Shown here: positions 11,862-25,114 of the stretch, piece by piece
Position numbering within the stretch: position 1 is the stretch's first letter
Layout of the letters: every line of letters begins with the position of its first letter
DNA from: the human T2T-CHM13v2.0 reference genome, Homo sapiens
Assembly: GCF_009914755.1 (NCBI RefSeq)
Contig: NC_060926.1
Strand: one strand, 5' to 3'
DNA length: 64,000 bases
Notes under the pieces: model-generated
What the model was told of the DNA's origin: nothing
Database searches by the model: none
Seen by the model: only the letters and a program-made list of their open reading frames with translations
Translations under genes and position numbers: made by a program

Positions 11862-14800
11862 TTTCTGTTCCTGCATTAGTTTGCTGAGGATAATGGCTTT
11901 CAGCTCCATCCATGTCCCTGCAAAGGACTTGATCTCATTTCCTTTTATGGCTGCATAGTATTCCATGTTGTATATGTACCACATTTTATTTACCCAGTCT
12001 ATCATTGATGGGCATTTGGGTTGATTTCCTGTATTAGCTATTGTGAATAGTGCTGTAATGAACATACACATGCATGTATCTTTATAATAAAATGATTTAT
12101 ATTCCTTTGGGTACATACCTAGTAATGGGATTGCTGGGTCAAATGATATTTCTGGCTCTAGGACTTCGAGGAATTGCCACAGTCTTCCACAATGGTTGAA
12201 CTAATTTACATTCCTACCAACAGTGTAAAAGCATTCCTATTTCTCTGCAGCCTCAACAGTATCAGTTGTTTCTTGACTTTTTAATAATCACCATTCTGAC
12301 TAGTGTGAGATGGTGTCTCATTGTGGTTTTGATTTGCATTTCTCTAATGATTAGTGATGTTGAAATTTTTTTTTGCATGTTTGTTGGCCACATAAATGTC
12401 TTCTTTTGAGAAGTGCCTGTTCATGTCCTTTGCCCACTTTTTAATAGGATTGTCTGGTTTTTTCTTGTAAATTTGTTTAAGTTCCCTGTAAATTCTGGAC
12501 ATTAGACCTTTGTCGGATGGATAAATAGCAAATTTTTCTCCCATTCTGTAGGTTGTCTGTTCACTGTGATGATAGTTTCTTTTGCTGAGCAGAAGCTCTT
12601 TAGTTTAATTAGACCCCATTTGTTAATTTCTGCTTTTGTTGCTATTGTTTTTGGCATTTTTGTCATGAAATCTTTGCCTATGCCTATGTCCTGAATGGTA
12701 TTGCCTAGATTTTCTTCTAGGGTTTTTATAGTTTTGGATTTTACACTTAAGTCTTTAACCTATCTTGAGCTAATTTTTGTATAAGGTGTAAGGAAGGGGG
12801 TCCAGTTTCAATTTTCTGCATATGGCTAAAGTTCTTCCATAGTTCTTCCAGCACCATTAATTAAATAGAAAATCCTTTCCCCATTACTTGTGTTTGTCAG
12901 GTTTGTTGAAGATCAGATGGTTGTAGCTGTGTGGTCTTATTTCTGAGTTCTCAATTCTGTTCTATTGGTCTATGAGTCTGTTTTTGCACCACCACTATGC
13001 TGTTTTGTTTACAATGCTGGTTTGGTAGCCTTGTAGTGTAGTTTGAAGTAAGGTAGCATGATCCCCCCAGCTTTGCTATTTTTGCTTAATATTGTCTTGG
13101 CTCTACAGACTCTTTTTTGTCCATATGAATTTTAAAACAGATTATTCTAATTCTGTGAAAAATGTCAATGTTAGTATAAGGGGAATAGCATTGAATCTGT
13201 AAATTACTTTGGGTAGTATGGCCATTTTAATCATATTGGTTCTTTCTATCACTTCCCTTCTTAGCTGTATTCCTAGGTATTTTATTCTCTGTAACAATTG
13301 TGGAATTGGAGTTCTTTCATGATTTGGCTCTCTGCTTGTCTGTTGTTAGTGTGTAGGAATCCTTGTGATTTTCGCACATTGATTTTTTATCCTGAGATTT
13401 TGCTGACAATGGGGTTGAGACAATGGGGTTTTCTAGATAAAGGATCATGTCATCTGCAGAGACAATTTGGCTTCCTCTCTTCCTATTTGAATATCATTTG
13501 TTTCTTTCTCTTGCTTGATTGACCTGGCCAGACCTTCCAATAATATGTTGAATAGGAGTGGTGAGAAAGGGCATCCTTGTCCTGTGCCTGTTTTCAATGA
13601 AAATGCTCACAGCTTTTTCCCATTCAGTATGATATGGGTTGTTGGTTTGTCATAAATGGCTCTTAATATTTTGAGGTATGGTCCTTCAATACCTAGTTTA
13701 CTGAGAATTTTTAAAATGAAGGGATGTTGAATTTTAACATGAAGTGTTGTTGAAAGGCCTTTTCTGCATCTATTGAGATAATTATGAGGTTTTTATCTTT
13801 AGTTCTGTTTATGTAATGGATTACATTTATTGATTTGCGTATGTTGAACCAGGCTTGTATCCCGGGGATGAAGCCAACTTGATTGTGGTGGATAAGCTTT
13901 TGGATGTGCTGCTGGATTTGGCTTGCCAGTATTTTCTTGAGGATTTTTGCATCGATGTTCATCAGGGATATTGGCCTGAAGTTTTCTTGTTTTGTTGTAT
14001 CTCTCCCAGGCTTTGGTATCAGGATGATGCTGGCCTCATAACATGAATTAGGGAGGAGTCTCTCCTCTTCAATCATTTGGAATAGTTTCAGAAGAAATAG
14101 CACTGACTCCTCTTTGTACATCTGGTAGAATTCCACCATAATTCCATCTGGGCCTGGTCTTTCATTGGTTGGTAGGCTATATATTACTGCCTTAATTTCA
14201 GAACTTGTTATTGGTCTATTCAGGGATTCAACTTCTTCCTGGTTCAATCTTGGGAGGGTTTATGTGTCCAGGAATTTATCCATTTCTTCTAGATTTTCTA
14301 ATTTATTTGCATAGAGGTGTTTATAGTATTCTCTGATGGTTGTTTGTATTTCTGTAAACTCAGTGTTGATATCCCCTTTATCATTTTTTATTGTGTCTAT
14401 TTGATCTTCTCTCTTTTCTTATTAGTCTAGCTAAAGGTCTATTTTGTTAATTTTTTTCAAAAAAACAGTTACTGGATTTGTTGATTTTTTGAAGGGTTTT
14501 TCCCGTCTCTATCTCCTTTAGTTTTGCTCTGATCTTACTTATTTCTTGCCTTCTGCTAGCTTTGGGGTTTGTTTGTTCTTGGTTCTCTAGTTCTTTAAAC
14601 TGTGATGTTAGGATGTTGATTTGAGATATTTCTGATGTGGATATTTAGTGCTATACATTTCCCTCAATGCTGTTTTAGCTGTATCCCAGAGATTCTGGGA
14701 CATTGTCTCTTTCTTCTCATTAGTTTCAAATAACTTCTTGACTTCTGCCTTAATTTCATTTTTTACCCAGTAGTCATTCAGAAGCAGGATGTTACATTTC

Positions 14801-17796
14801 TATGTAGTTGTGCGGTTTTGAGTGAGTTTCTTAATTTTGAGTTCTAATTTGATTGTACTGTGGTCTGAGAGACTATCAAGATTTTAGTTATTTCGCATTT
14901 GCAGAGGAGTGTTTTACTTCCAATTGTGTGATCGATTTTAGAGTAAGTGCCATGTAGCTCCAAGATGAATGTATATTCTGTTGTTTTTGAATGGAGAGTT
15001 CTGTAGATATTTATCAGGTCCACTTGATCTAGAGCTGAGTTTGAGTCCTGAATATCCTTGTTAACTTTCTGTCTTGATAATTTGTCTAATATTGACAGTG
15101 GGGTGTTAAAGTCTCCCACTATTATTATGTGAGAGTCTAAATCTCTTTGTAGGTCTCTAGGAACTTGTTTTATGAATCTGGGTCCTCTAGAATTGGGTGC
15201 ATGTGTATTTAGGATAGTTACCTCTTCTTGATGAACTGAATACTTAACAATTATGTAATTCCCTTGTCTTTTTTATCTTTGTTGATTTAAAGCCTGTTTT
15301 CTCAAACACTAGAATTGCAACCCCTCCTTTTCCTGTTTCCTGTTTGCTTGGTAAATTTTCCTCTATCTCTGTATTTTGAGGCTATGTGTGTCTTTGCATA
15401 TGAGATGGTTCACTTGAATACAGCACACTGGTGGGTCTTGACTATCCAGTTTGCCAGTCTATGTCTTTTAATTGGGACATTCAGTCCATTTACATTTAAG
15501 GTTAATATTGTTATGTGTGAATTTGGTCCTGTCATTATGATGCTATCTGGTTATTTTGCAGACTTGTTAATGTTGTTGCTTCATAGTATTATTGGTCTGT
15601 GTAGTTTACTGTGTTTTTGTAGTGGCCGGTAATGGTTTTTCCTTTCCATATTCAGTGCTTCCTTTAGGAGCTCTTGCAAGGCAGGCTAGGTTGTGATGAA
15701 TTCCCTCAGTATTTGCTGGTCTGAGAAGGATTTTATTTCTCCTTTGCTCATGAAGCTTAGTTTGGCCAGATATGAAATTCTGAGCTGAAAATTATTTTCT
15801 TTAAGAGTGTTGAATATTAGCCCCCAGTTTCTTCCGGCTTATAGGTTTTCTGCTGAGGAGTCCACTGTTATTCTGATGGACTTCCCTTTCTAGGTGACGT
15901 GGCCCTTAACAATTTTCCTTCATTTTGACCTTGGAGATACTGACGATTATGTGTTTTGGGTTGATCTTCTCATGGATCTTTCTGATGTCCTCTGAATTTC
16001 CTGAATATGAATGTTGGCCTGTCTTGCTGGGTTGGGGAAATTCTCCTGAATGATTTCCTGAAGTATGTTTTCCAACTTGGTTTCATTCTCCCCATTTCTT
16101 TCAGGTACCCCAATCAGTTGTAGGTTTGGTCTTTTTACATAATTCCATAGTTCTCTGATTATTTTTCATTCCTTTTCAGTTTTTTCTCTAATCTTATCTG
16201 CCTTTCTTATTTCAGCAAGATAGTCTTTGAGCTCTGAGATTCTTTCCTCTGCTTGGTCTATTCAGTTATTTATGTTTGTGGTTGCATTGTGAAGTTCTCG
16301 TGTTGTGCTTTTCAGGTCCATCAGGTCATTTATGTTCCTCTATAAACTGGTTATTCTGGTTTACAGTTCCTATAATGTTTTCATAGTTATTAGCTTCTTT
16401 GAATTGTTTTAGAATATACTTTAGCTCAGCAAAATTTGTTATTACCCACCTTCTGAAGAATACTTCTGTCAGTTCATCCATCTCAAGCCTCCACCCAGTT
16501 CTGTGCCCTTGATGGAGAGGTGTTGCAATCATTTGGAGGAGAAGAGGCACTCTGGCTTTTTGAGTTTTCAGCATTTTTGCATTGATTCTTTCTCATCTTC
16601 ATGAGCTTATTTATCTTCGATCTTTGAGGCTGCTGATCTTTGGAAGGGGTTTTTGTGGGGTCATCTTTGTGGATGTTTTTGTTGTTGTTGTTTTCTGTTT
16701 GTTTTTCTTTCAACAGTCAGACCCCTCTTCCTTAGGGCTGCCGCAGTTTGCTGGGGGTCCACTCCAGACCCTATTCACTTGGTCCCTCCCCTACCTGGAG
16801 GTGTCACCAGTGGAGGCTGCAGAACAGCAAGGATGGCTGCCTGCTCCTTCCTCTGTGAGCTCCATCCCAGAGGGGCACTGATGTGATGCCATCAGGAACA
16901 CTCCTGTATAAGGTGCCTGGAGACCCCTGTTGGTGGTCTCAATCAGTTAGGGAGTATGTACAGGATCAGGGACCACTTAACAAAGCACTCTGGCTGCCCC
17001 TTGGCAGAGAGAGTGCACTGCGGTGGAGGGAATCTCCCTTGTCCAGAATGTCCAGACCCTTCAGAGCCAGCAGGCAAGAAAGACTAAGTCTGCTGAACCA
17101 CAGAGACTGTGGCTGCCCCTCCCCACAGGAGTTCTGCCCAGGAAGATCACAGTTCTGTCCATAAACCTCTGGCTGGAGTTGGCGAAATTCCCACAAGGGG
17201 GCCCCACCCAGTGAGTAGGGATGGATCCAGGTTCCGCCTAAAAAAGCAGTCTGGCCATGATCTGCCACAGCTGCTGTGCTCCCCGTCTAAACCTCCCTGT
17301 CTCCCCAGCACCACCAGGGTAAAACAGCCAACTGAAGCCACAGTGATAGCAACCACCCCTTCCCCTGGGAACTCAGTCATCTTAGACAGTCTCCAGTCTG
17401 CTGTCACTGGCCACAGCCTGAGCGGTGATGAGAGTCTGCACAATTCTGTGCTTGGCACCCAAGGCCCTGGTGGTGTGGGCTCACAAGGGGATCTCTTGAT
17501 CTGTGAGTTGCACAGATCCATGGAAAAAGCATGGTTCCTCAGGAAAGGTAGCACAATCACTCACTGACTCCCTTGACTGGGGGTGGGAGTGCCCCTTGCC
17601 CCATGCAGCTCCCAAGTGAGGCACTGCTCCACCCTGCTTTTCCTTGCTCCCTGTGGGTCACGCCAATCACCTTGTCAGTCCCAGCGAGAGAATCTGGATA
17701 CCTCAGATGAAGGTGCAGAATTCACTCGCCATTTTTGTTCTTCTAGATGGGAGTCACAGACCACAGCTGCTTCTAATTGGCCATCTTGGCACCTCC
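11862..17796 (-). mobile_element. Near-full-length degenerate L1PA (5' UTR, ORF1, ORF2; 3' UTR end and poly(A) missing)
   Basis: ORF fragments match ORF2 endonuclease ([14 protein letters not shown]), RT region ([22 protein letters not shown]), C-terminus (YYAAIK) and ORF1 N-terminus (RKNQCKNAENSKSQSASSPP). 5' end reads GGAGGTGCCAAGATGGCC on the - strand. Many stops and frameshifts. Confidence 0.95.
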
Positions 17797-17835
17797 TCAT
17801 TTAACCTCCTTTTCTCATCTAAAGGGGATAAAGGA

Positions 17836-18422
17836 TGAAACTGTCCCAAAGAAAAGTTTATAAACCAATTAAGGGAGAAAATAAAATTCAACTAGGCTTG
17901 CAGAATAATCAGTGGCAATCATGAAATCCACTTCCCAATTTGGCCTACTTCCTTGTAGCTAGTTACTGCTTACTCCCCCAAGATAGTGTAGCCCTTGTCA
18001 CAAGACTGTGTTCCTTTTCTTTTCTATAGATAAGATCTAAGGCACATGAGATGATATGCTTTCTGTTTGAGTTTCTCCTTTATGTTACGCATACTGATAA
18101 AACTGTTGATGCCAGTTGATCTGAAGGTCCCAGCAAGGAGCCGACTCACGGAAGAATGCAGTTTTCACATCGTGATGATTTAATCTTCCTTGACCTGACC
18201 AATTGACAACCCCAATTCTCCAGACCCTCACCCGCCACAATCCCCTTAAAAACCCTGGCCCAGAACCCCTCAAGCAGACAGATTTGAAGCTTGAGGATTC
18301 CTTCATCTCTTTGCCCAATGGCATTGTGATTATTAAACTCTTTTTCTGCTGCAAATTATGATGTCTCAGTGTATTGGTCTATTGCTGCTCAGTGGGCATA
18401 TGAATCTGGCAGTCCTGTAATA
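17836..18422 (+). mobile_element. ERV1 solo LTR, LTR26-like
   Basis: Starts TGAAACTGTCCC; contains gactcac..aagaatgcagtt, cccttaaaaaccc TATA-like, attaaactcttt poly(A)-like; ends gtcctgtaata. Subfamily call is from memory. Confidence 0.7.
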
Positions 18423-18429
18423 GAGACAA

Positions 18430-20020
18430 AAGATAAACTACTGGCAAAACACTCGTAAAAGTCATAACCTAAGACATAGGCCCACTGAAAGGCGGATATT
18501 CAATCAGAGCACTACAGAACATATTTCTCTGCTCATACCATAAAATTTAAACCAACATGACTCCAATATAAGGAGACAGACAAAAGAGCTACAAGAAACA
18601 GACACTGTTTGAAGATGAGTACTTAAGGAAACCCAAAGTTAAGGGAGGAGACAAAAACAAGGACACTAGAGGAATTTGAAACCTTCAGAAACTTGAGCTA
18701 TAACAAATATTAAATGCAGTTCAACTCCAAGACAGATTAACATATATCCTCAATTAACTTTATCTCAGTATCAATTTATCTCAGCATCAATTTATCTCAG
18801 TATCTATTATGGATACCACATGTCTGGCTCTCAACAATGGCAACAAAATTACAAAACATGGTAAAAGGCAAGAAAAAAATTAACAATCTGAAGAGACAGG
18901 ATGATCATCAGAACAAGACTCAGTGATGATGATGCATATTTTGGAAATAGCAATCAAGAAATTTTACATAACTATGATTAAGATGTTAAGGACACTAGTG
19001 GAAAATGTAGAAAATATTCAATAAAAGATGATTAGTATAAGCAGACAGATGAAAATTCTAACAAAGAACCAAAAGAAAAGGTTAGAAATTAAAATAACTC
19101 CAATAGATTTTTTTAAAATGCTTTCAATGGTTTCATTAGTAGACCAGACATGTTTGGGGAAAGAATTGGTGAAACTAAAGATAGGTCAAAAATACATTTT
19201 AAAACAAAGTGCCAAGAAAAAATAAATGGAAAAAAAAAGTGAAGGACATCAAAGACCCGCTGGGCAGTTTCTAAAGTTGTACAAAATGGGAAGCTGGAAT
19301 AGCAGAAAGATGAGAAAGAGAGAAATGAGGAGAATCTATCTAAATGAGTAATGGTCAAGAAATTTTAAAGCATAATAACATGAAACAAACGACTGGTCCA
19401 GGTAGCTCAGAGAATACAATTCATGACAAACAACAAAAATACAGCACCAGACGTAACATTTCCTACATGTAGAATAAAAGAAAATAAAATAAATCAATAA
19501 ATAGACACAGAGAAAATCTTGACAGAATCTGGAATGAAAACTACATTCCTTGTAGAGAAAAAAAGACCAAGGATTTCAGCCCACTTCCAGTAAGAAACCA
19601 GGCAAGAAAGGAGAGAGTTGCGGGAAATGTTTAAAGTGTTAAAGGAATAAATGCACCAACTTAGAATTCTACATCTAGCAAAATTATACTTCAAAAGCAG
19701 AGGGGAAATCAGAATTTACTAGACAATAAAACACTAATGGAATATATTGCCAGAAAACTTTCCTGCAACTGTGTTAAAAGAGGTTATTCATGGAGGAGAA
19801 GAATGATATAGATCAGAAACCTGTATTTACAAAAAGAAAGCAAGTATGTTGAAAAAGGAAAAAAATGTTATATTTTTCTTATTGTAAATCTATTTAAACT
19901 ACATGTTTGTTGAAAGTAATATTAGTAAATGTTTTGGGCAATTACAGCATGTGGGTAAGTGAAATGCCTGATGGTTATGATACAAAAGATATGAAGGATG
20001 AACTGGGACTATTCTATTAA
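18430..20020 (+). mobile_element. Old L1M fragment (ORF1 region)
   Basis: A-rich with ORF1-like motifs (agaattctacatctagcaaaattatacttcaaaa); continues after the LTR12. Confidence 0.65.
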
Positions 20021-20449
20021 CATGTCCAGAATTGGTGGGTTCTTGGTCTCACTGACTTCAAACATGAAGCTGCAGACCCTAGTGGTGAGTGTTACAGTTC
20101 TTAAAGATGGTGTGTCTGGAGTTTGTTCTTTCTGATGTTCGGAAGTGTTCGGAGTTTCTTCCTTCTGGTGGGTTTGTGGTCTCGCTGGCTTCAGGAGTGA
20201 AGCTGCAGACCTTTGCGGTGAGTGTTACAGCTCTTAAGGCAGCGTGTCTGGAGTTATTCATTCCTCTCGGTGGGTTCCTGGTCTCATTGGCCTCAGGAGT
20301 GAAGCTGCAGACCTTCCCGGTGGTTGTCACAGCTCATAAAGGCAGTGTGGACCCAAAGAGTGTGCAGCAAGATTTACTGCAAACAGCGAAAACACAAACC
20401 TTCCACACCATGGAAACGGACCCAAGCCGGTTATCACTGTCCCTTCTGG

Positions 20450-20600
20450 CAGCCTGCTTTTACTCCCTCACCTGACCCCACCCACATCCTGCTGATTGGT
20501 CCATTTTGCAGAGAGCTGATTGGCCTGTTTTGACAGGGTGCTGATTGGTGTGTTTACAAACCTTGAGCTAGACACAGAGTGCTGATTGGCGCATATACAA
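20450..20600 (-). promoter_or_regulatory. LTR12 promoter: four CCAAT (NF-Y) boxes and a TATA-like element
   Basis: gctgattgg at ~20491, 20516, 20540 and 20581 (CCAATCAGC on - strand); AGTAAAAGCAGGC on - strand at ~20452-20464. Confidence 0.65.
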
Positions 20601-20639
20601 TCCTCCAGCTAGATACAAAAGTTCTCCGAGACCCCACCT

Positions 20640-21255
20640 GACCGGGGAGCCCAGCTGGCTTGCCTAGCGGATCCCGCGCTGGGGCCGCTGGGGGAGCTGC
20701 CCACCAGTCCTACGCCAGGCGCCTGCACTCCTCAGCCCTTGGGTGGTTGATGGGACCAGGCGCCGCGAAGCAGGGGGCAGTGCAGTTGGGGAGACTCCCG
20801 CCTGCCTCTGGGGAGCCCACGGGGGAAGGCGCGGGCGGGGAAAGGCTCGGGCATGGGGGGCTGCAGGTGCCGAGCCCTGCCCCACAGCGAGGCGGCTGAG
20901 GCCCGGCAAGAATTCGAGCCTAGAGCGGGTGGGCCGGCAGTGATGCGGAACTCGGCGCATACTCCGCAGCGGCTGGCTCTGGGTGCTAAGCCCGTCACTG
21001 CCCAGGGCCTGTGGCGCCAGCCTGACCGCTCTGAGTGCAGGGCCGCCCTGCGTGTGCCGCGCGCAGCCTCAGTTCCCGCCTGTGCCTCTCCCTCCACACC
21101 TCCCCGCAAGCAGAGGGAGCAGGCTCCGGCCTTGGCCAGCCCACAGACGGGCTCCCACAGTGCAGCGGTGGGGCGAAGGGCTCCTCAAGCGCGGCCAGAG
21201 TGGACGTCCAGGCCGAGGAGACACGGAGAGCGAGCAAGGGCTGCCAGCACGCTGT
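20640..21255. other. CpG-island-like GC-rich segment within LTR12 U3
   Basis: Dense CpG and high GC against the AT-rich flanks. Confidence 0.75.
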
Positions 21256-21268
21256 CACTTCTTATTAA

Positions 21269-22770
21269 GGTACCTGCACTATATGTCAACTGGTGGAGTG
21301 CTATTTGAAGGTGATCTTAGATTAGTAACAAATGTGTATTGGATACTCTGGGGGAACCACTAGAATAGTTGAAAAAGAAAGTATGCTTTACATGTAATGA
21401 GTGACATTAGGTTTGATAATGGATTTTTAGATATAATATTAATACGAAAAGCTCTAGCTACAAAAGAAAAAATGATGTTAGAGTTTGTTAAATTTAAAAT
21501 GGAATTTTCTGCTCTGTGAAAGACTCCAGAGAGTTAAAAGACAAGCCACAAACTAGAAGAAAATATCTGTAAACCATATATCTAATAAAGTATTGGTATC
21601 TAAACATACAAATAACTCTGAAAACTGAATAATAAGAAAGCAAACAAGCCAATTACAAATGTGCATAGAATCTGAAAAGACACTTCACCCCTGCCCCCGA
21701 AATACCCATGGCAACTGGCATATAAAAATATGCTCAACAGTATTTTTTTTCTTTAGAGAAACACAAATTAAAACAATTGTGATACTACCACACATTAGTT
21801 AGAATGGCTTAAATCCATGAACCGAAGTATTACAAATTCTGGTGAAAATGTAGAGCAATAGTAGCTGTTTGCTGAAGGGAATTTTAAAAATGGTACTGCA
21901 CACTGGAAGACAGATTGGCAGTTTCTTACAAATCTAAATATCGTCTCACCACGCACTTCAGTTATCATTCTTCTACGTATTTATCCCAATGATGTGACAA
22001 TTTATATCACATAAAAATGTGAGTGTTTATCAGAGCTCTTTTTTATAATTATCAAAAATGGACAGCAATTTACATGGCCTTAAACCTTAAATAAGTGAAT
22101 TGATATACTAGTACATCCAGAAAAAAGAAATAAATATAAATCTACAGGAATAAATACATGAATATTCAATATTTATTGCTCTGTGAAAGAAATTAGTCAG
22201 CAAATGACTCGTATTATATATTGCTAAATATATGACATGGTAAAAAAGGCAAAACAATATAGTATAAAAGATTAGTGCTTCCAGAGGTGAGGGGAGAGGA
22301 GGTAGGGTTAAATATGTGAAGCATGAAAACAAATTTTTTACTGTACTGAAACTATTTTATATGATATTGTAATGGCGGACATAACATTATGCATTTCTCA
22401 GAATCCATAAGAGTTTTTGAGCTTGAGGAGGAAACATTAATTTATATAACTTTAAAAAAAACTATCCTTTAGGAAGTAGAGGGATTGCAAGATGGAATGC
22501 AGAGTGTGACAAAATATTATAACTGTATTGAAAATATATGAAACAACCTCACTGAGATGGGTGGGGAAAAATGCGTTGAAATAAGTAACTTCAGAAATGA
22601 GAGGAGACTGTAAAATTAAAGGTGAAAGGAAGTGTATACAAGCACAGTGCTCCAGTTAATAAAGTTGTTTCTCATGGAGGTATGGCGTAACATTTCTGAC
22701 ATCACTGTATATGTACACTGTGAATGAACAATTAAGAAAGTGAGTGATGAATGGTGGCTGGGAACAAGTA
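21269..22770 (+). mobile_element. Old L1M fragments (ORF2 3' part and 3' end)
   Basis: acaagccacaaactagaagaaaatat, ttggcagtttcttacaaatctaaa and agattagtgcttccagagg motifs. Confidence 0.65.
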
Positions 22771-23380
22771 GAGGGTTATTCTTGATATTCTCCTCAAATT
22801 TCTTTAATTAATTAGTAAATGAATTAGCAAGTCCCTAATGGCCTTTAGAGTCTGCTGAAGGAGATGAATAAATAAACAGCTGACTATTAATAGCATAATA
22901 TAATATGGTGTTTAATATAAACAAAGGGCTATGTGAGTGTGGACCAAGAGACTGTTATTTTCACCTTTTATCTAAAACCTTGTAAAAGTTGGCACTTCTA
23001 CCTTACCTTAGATAGTAAGCAAGAGTTAGATAAGTTGAAATGACACATTTTTCATGCAGAAAATATTACACACGAAGGCATGGAGGTTCAAAATTTCCAG
23101 GTTATAGGGAAATTGCAGGTTGCTGAAAGGAATGCAGTATGATGCAAGATATTTGATGTTGGGCAAAAATAATTTTAACTTCTATTATACAGTCTGTGGA
23201 GAATGGGCAACATTGAGGGGTAACAGAAGCCTTTGTTACCCCATCTTTGAAAAATAAATAATAATAATTATCCCATTTAGATATTAAAGATAAAATAGGT
23301 TAGTGAATTGAAAGTATGCCATATAAATTCTGGCAAATAATATGTTCAAAATAAATTGTAACTTTGATTATTAAAACATA

Positions 23381-23537
23381 TGTATACACACACGTACATA
23401 TATGTATGTGTATATGTATGTGTATGTGTGTGTGTGTATAACAGAATTAATTGTATATCATAGTTGAAGTAAAAGAATAGGAAGAAAAAATACTTTAATG
23501 GGCCTCCAAATAGGACAAGACTATATACATATAGTCT

Positions 23538-23595
<58 letters not shown>

Positions 23596-23632
23596 TATAA
23601 ATAAAATGTATCAATACACACACACACATATA
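23381..23632. repeat. Compound (TA)n/(CA)n/(TATG)n microsatellites
   Basis: (TA)n(CA)n at 23541-23596 and imperfect TG/TA runs at 23381-23440. Confidence 0.9.
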
Positions 23633-24226
23633 TTCTCAGTACATGGGGATAATCAGAAAGGTGGCTACAAAAATACAACCCTCTTAGTTTTATATAACCC
23701 TTTATAAATATATAAAACTAAGAGAAGAAAGAATGCCTTCTGAAGCACTGTAAACTAACCTAAGGGGGGTAAAGTCAGAGGATTTTACTATGTTGGGACT
23801 GAATTTATTAACATAGCTATAGAAAGAGTCTGTCAATGAAAGGAGAATTAGTTGCCTATGGAAACTGAGCTACAGATGAATCTTTAAGGCATAAATCTCT
23901 TTTCCACCTAAGTGGAAGTCCAATTCCTGAGGTAGGAAGTCTGGGCAAGTGAAATTGCCAATTAAGTTGGTAAGCCTTCCTACAATAAAAATAAATGCAT
24001 CTGCACATTTATATTAGCTTGATGGTGTTAAATATTCTAATCATTGAACTTTATTTTTCTGATCTAATACATACCCAGCTATCATGTGACTACATTTTGT
24101 TTTCCCATACAGGTGTGCGTTTGGGTGGAAAGTATGTACTGTTTATGCTGAAGTAAGAATTTTATTTTATATAACATAGTTCTTGTTATAAATTAATAAA
24201 CTAACATTCTGATTGTTTATAGTCAT

Positions 24227-24687
24227 TGTGTGTTGAATCGGGTCTCCAAAATGAAATACTAATCCCAATACTTGTGAATGTGACCTTATTTGGAAATAGG
24301 TTATTGCAGATGTTATTTTGAAACAGGGTCATATTGAAATGGGATGGGCCCTAATTCAATGACTGGTTTCTTTATAAAGAAAGAAAATATGGACACAGAG
24401 AGACATAAAGAAATATAGGGAAGAAGGCCATGTAATGATGGAGGCAGACAGTGGGGTGATGCATGCACAAGTCAAAGAACACCAAAAATTGCTGGCAACC
24501 AACCAGAAACTAGAAGACACACGTGGAATGGACTTTAAGTCAGAACTTTTCAGAAGGAACCAATCTTGCCAACACCTTGATTTCAGGCTTCTAGCTTACA
24601 GAGCTGTGAGACAATAAATGTTTGTTTTTTTTTTTAAGCCACCTATATTGTGATACTTTGTTATGGCAGCCCTAGAAAGCTAATACA
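24227..24687 (+). mobile_element. MLT1 (MLT1B/C-like) solo LTR
   Basis: tgtgaatgtgaccttatttggaaatagg...ccaacaccttgattt...gtgagacaataaa...ctaataca. Confidence 0.85.
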
Positions 24688-25071
24688 GTAGTCAAAAGGA
24701 AATAAATTATCTCCCTGTAGCCCAAAACTTTAAAATAATTTTTTTTTCCCAGAGGCCTTTTCTTTCATTTGTTGGTTTTGGTTTCTATACAATAGATCAA
24801 ACATCTTCACTAATAGTTTTCTTAGACATTATTTTTGGAAACATTTGTCAAAGGACTCATGGAAATCTATAATCTATGCTGATTGACTACTTCGATGTAA
24901 AGAATTTGATATTTTTCATAGTTACTACTGGCTGTTGCTGTGCTATTCCTAATTGTCTTGAATGTTGTGTATGTAGCATGAAATCCCAATTTTTATTGAA
25001 CTAGGATATACACATATAACTCTTCTATGGTTGTCTTCAAGCTGGAGCCTATTTGTTAGCACTGCAGGGCA

Positions 25072-25073
<2 letters not shown>

Positions 25074-25112
<39 letters not shown>
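25074..25112. repeat. (GT)n microsatellite
   Basis: About 19 GT units. Confidence 0.95.

Positions 25113-25114
<2 letters not shown>

Larger units (their letters stand above)
20021..21264 (-). mobile_element. LTR12-family (ERV9) solo LTR, LTR12C/D/E-like
   Basis: Ends match the reverse complement of TGAGAGGTGACAGCGTGCTGGCAG...GAACCCACCAATTCCGGACACA; gtgaagctgcagacc repeats; tandem gctgattgg; 4-bp TSD TTAA at 20017-20020 and 21265-21268. Confidence 0.93.

Noticed and set aside
13711-15119. Reverse-transcriptase and endonuclease-like ORFs as a possible novel retroelement system
   Set aside because: They are fragments of ordinary L1 ORF2 broken by stops and frameshifts.
20060-20345. Spaced repeats of gtgaagctgcagacc that superficially resemble a CRISPR array
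   Set aside because: They are the normal internal tandem repeats of the LTR12 U5 region. The context is eukaryotic, the spacers are themselves similar, and there are no cas genes.
20660-21363. Cluster of overlapping 66-151 aa ORFs
   Set aside because: They result from stop-codon scarcity in GC-rich LTR12 sequence.
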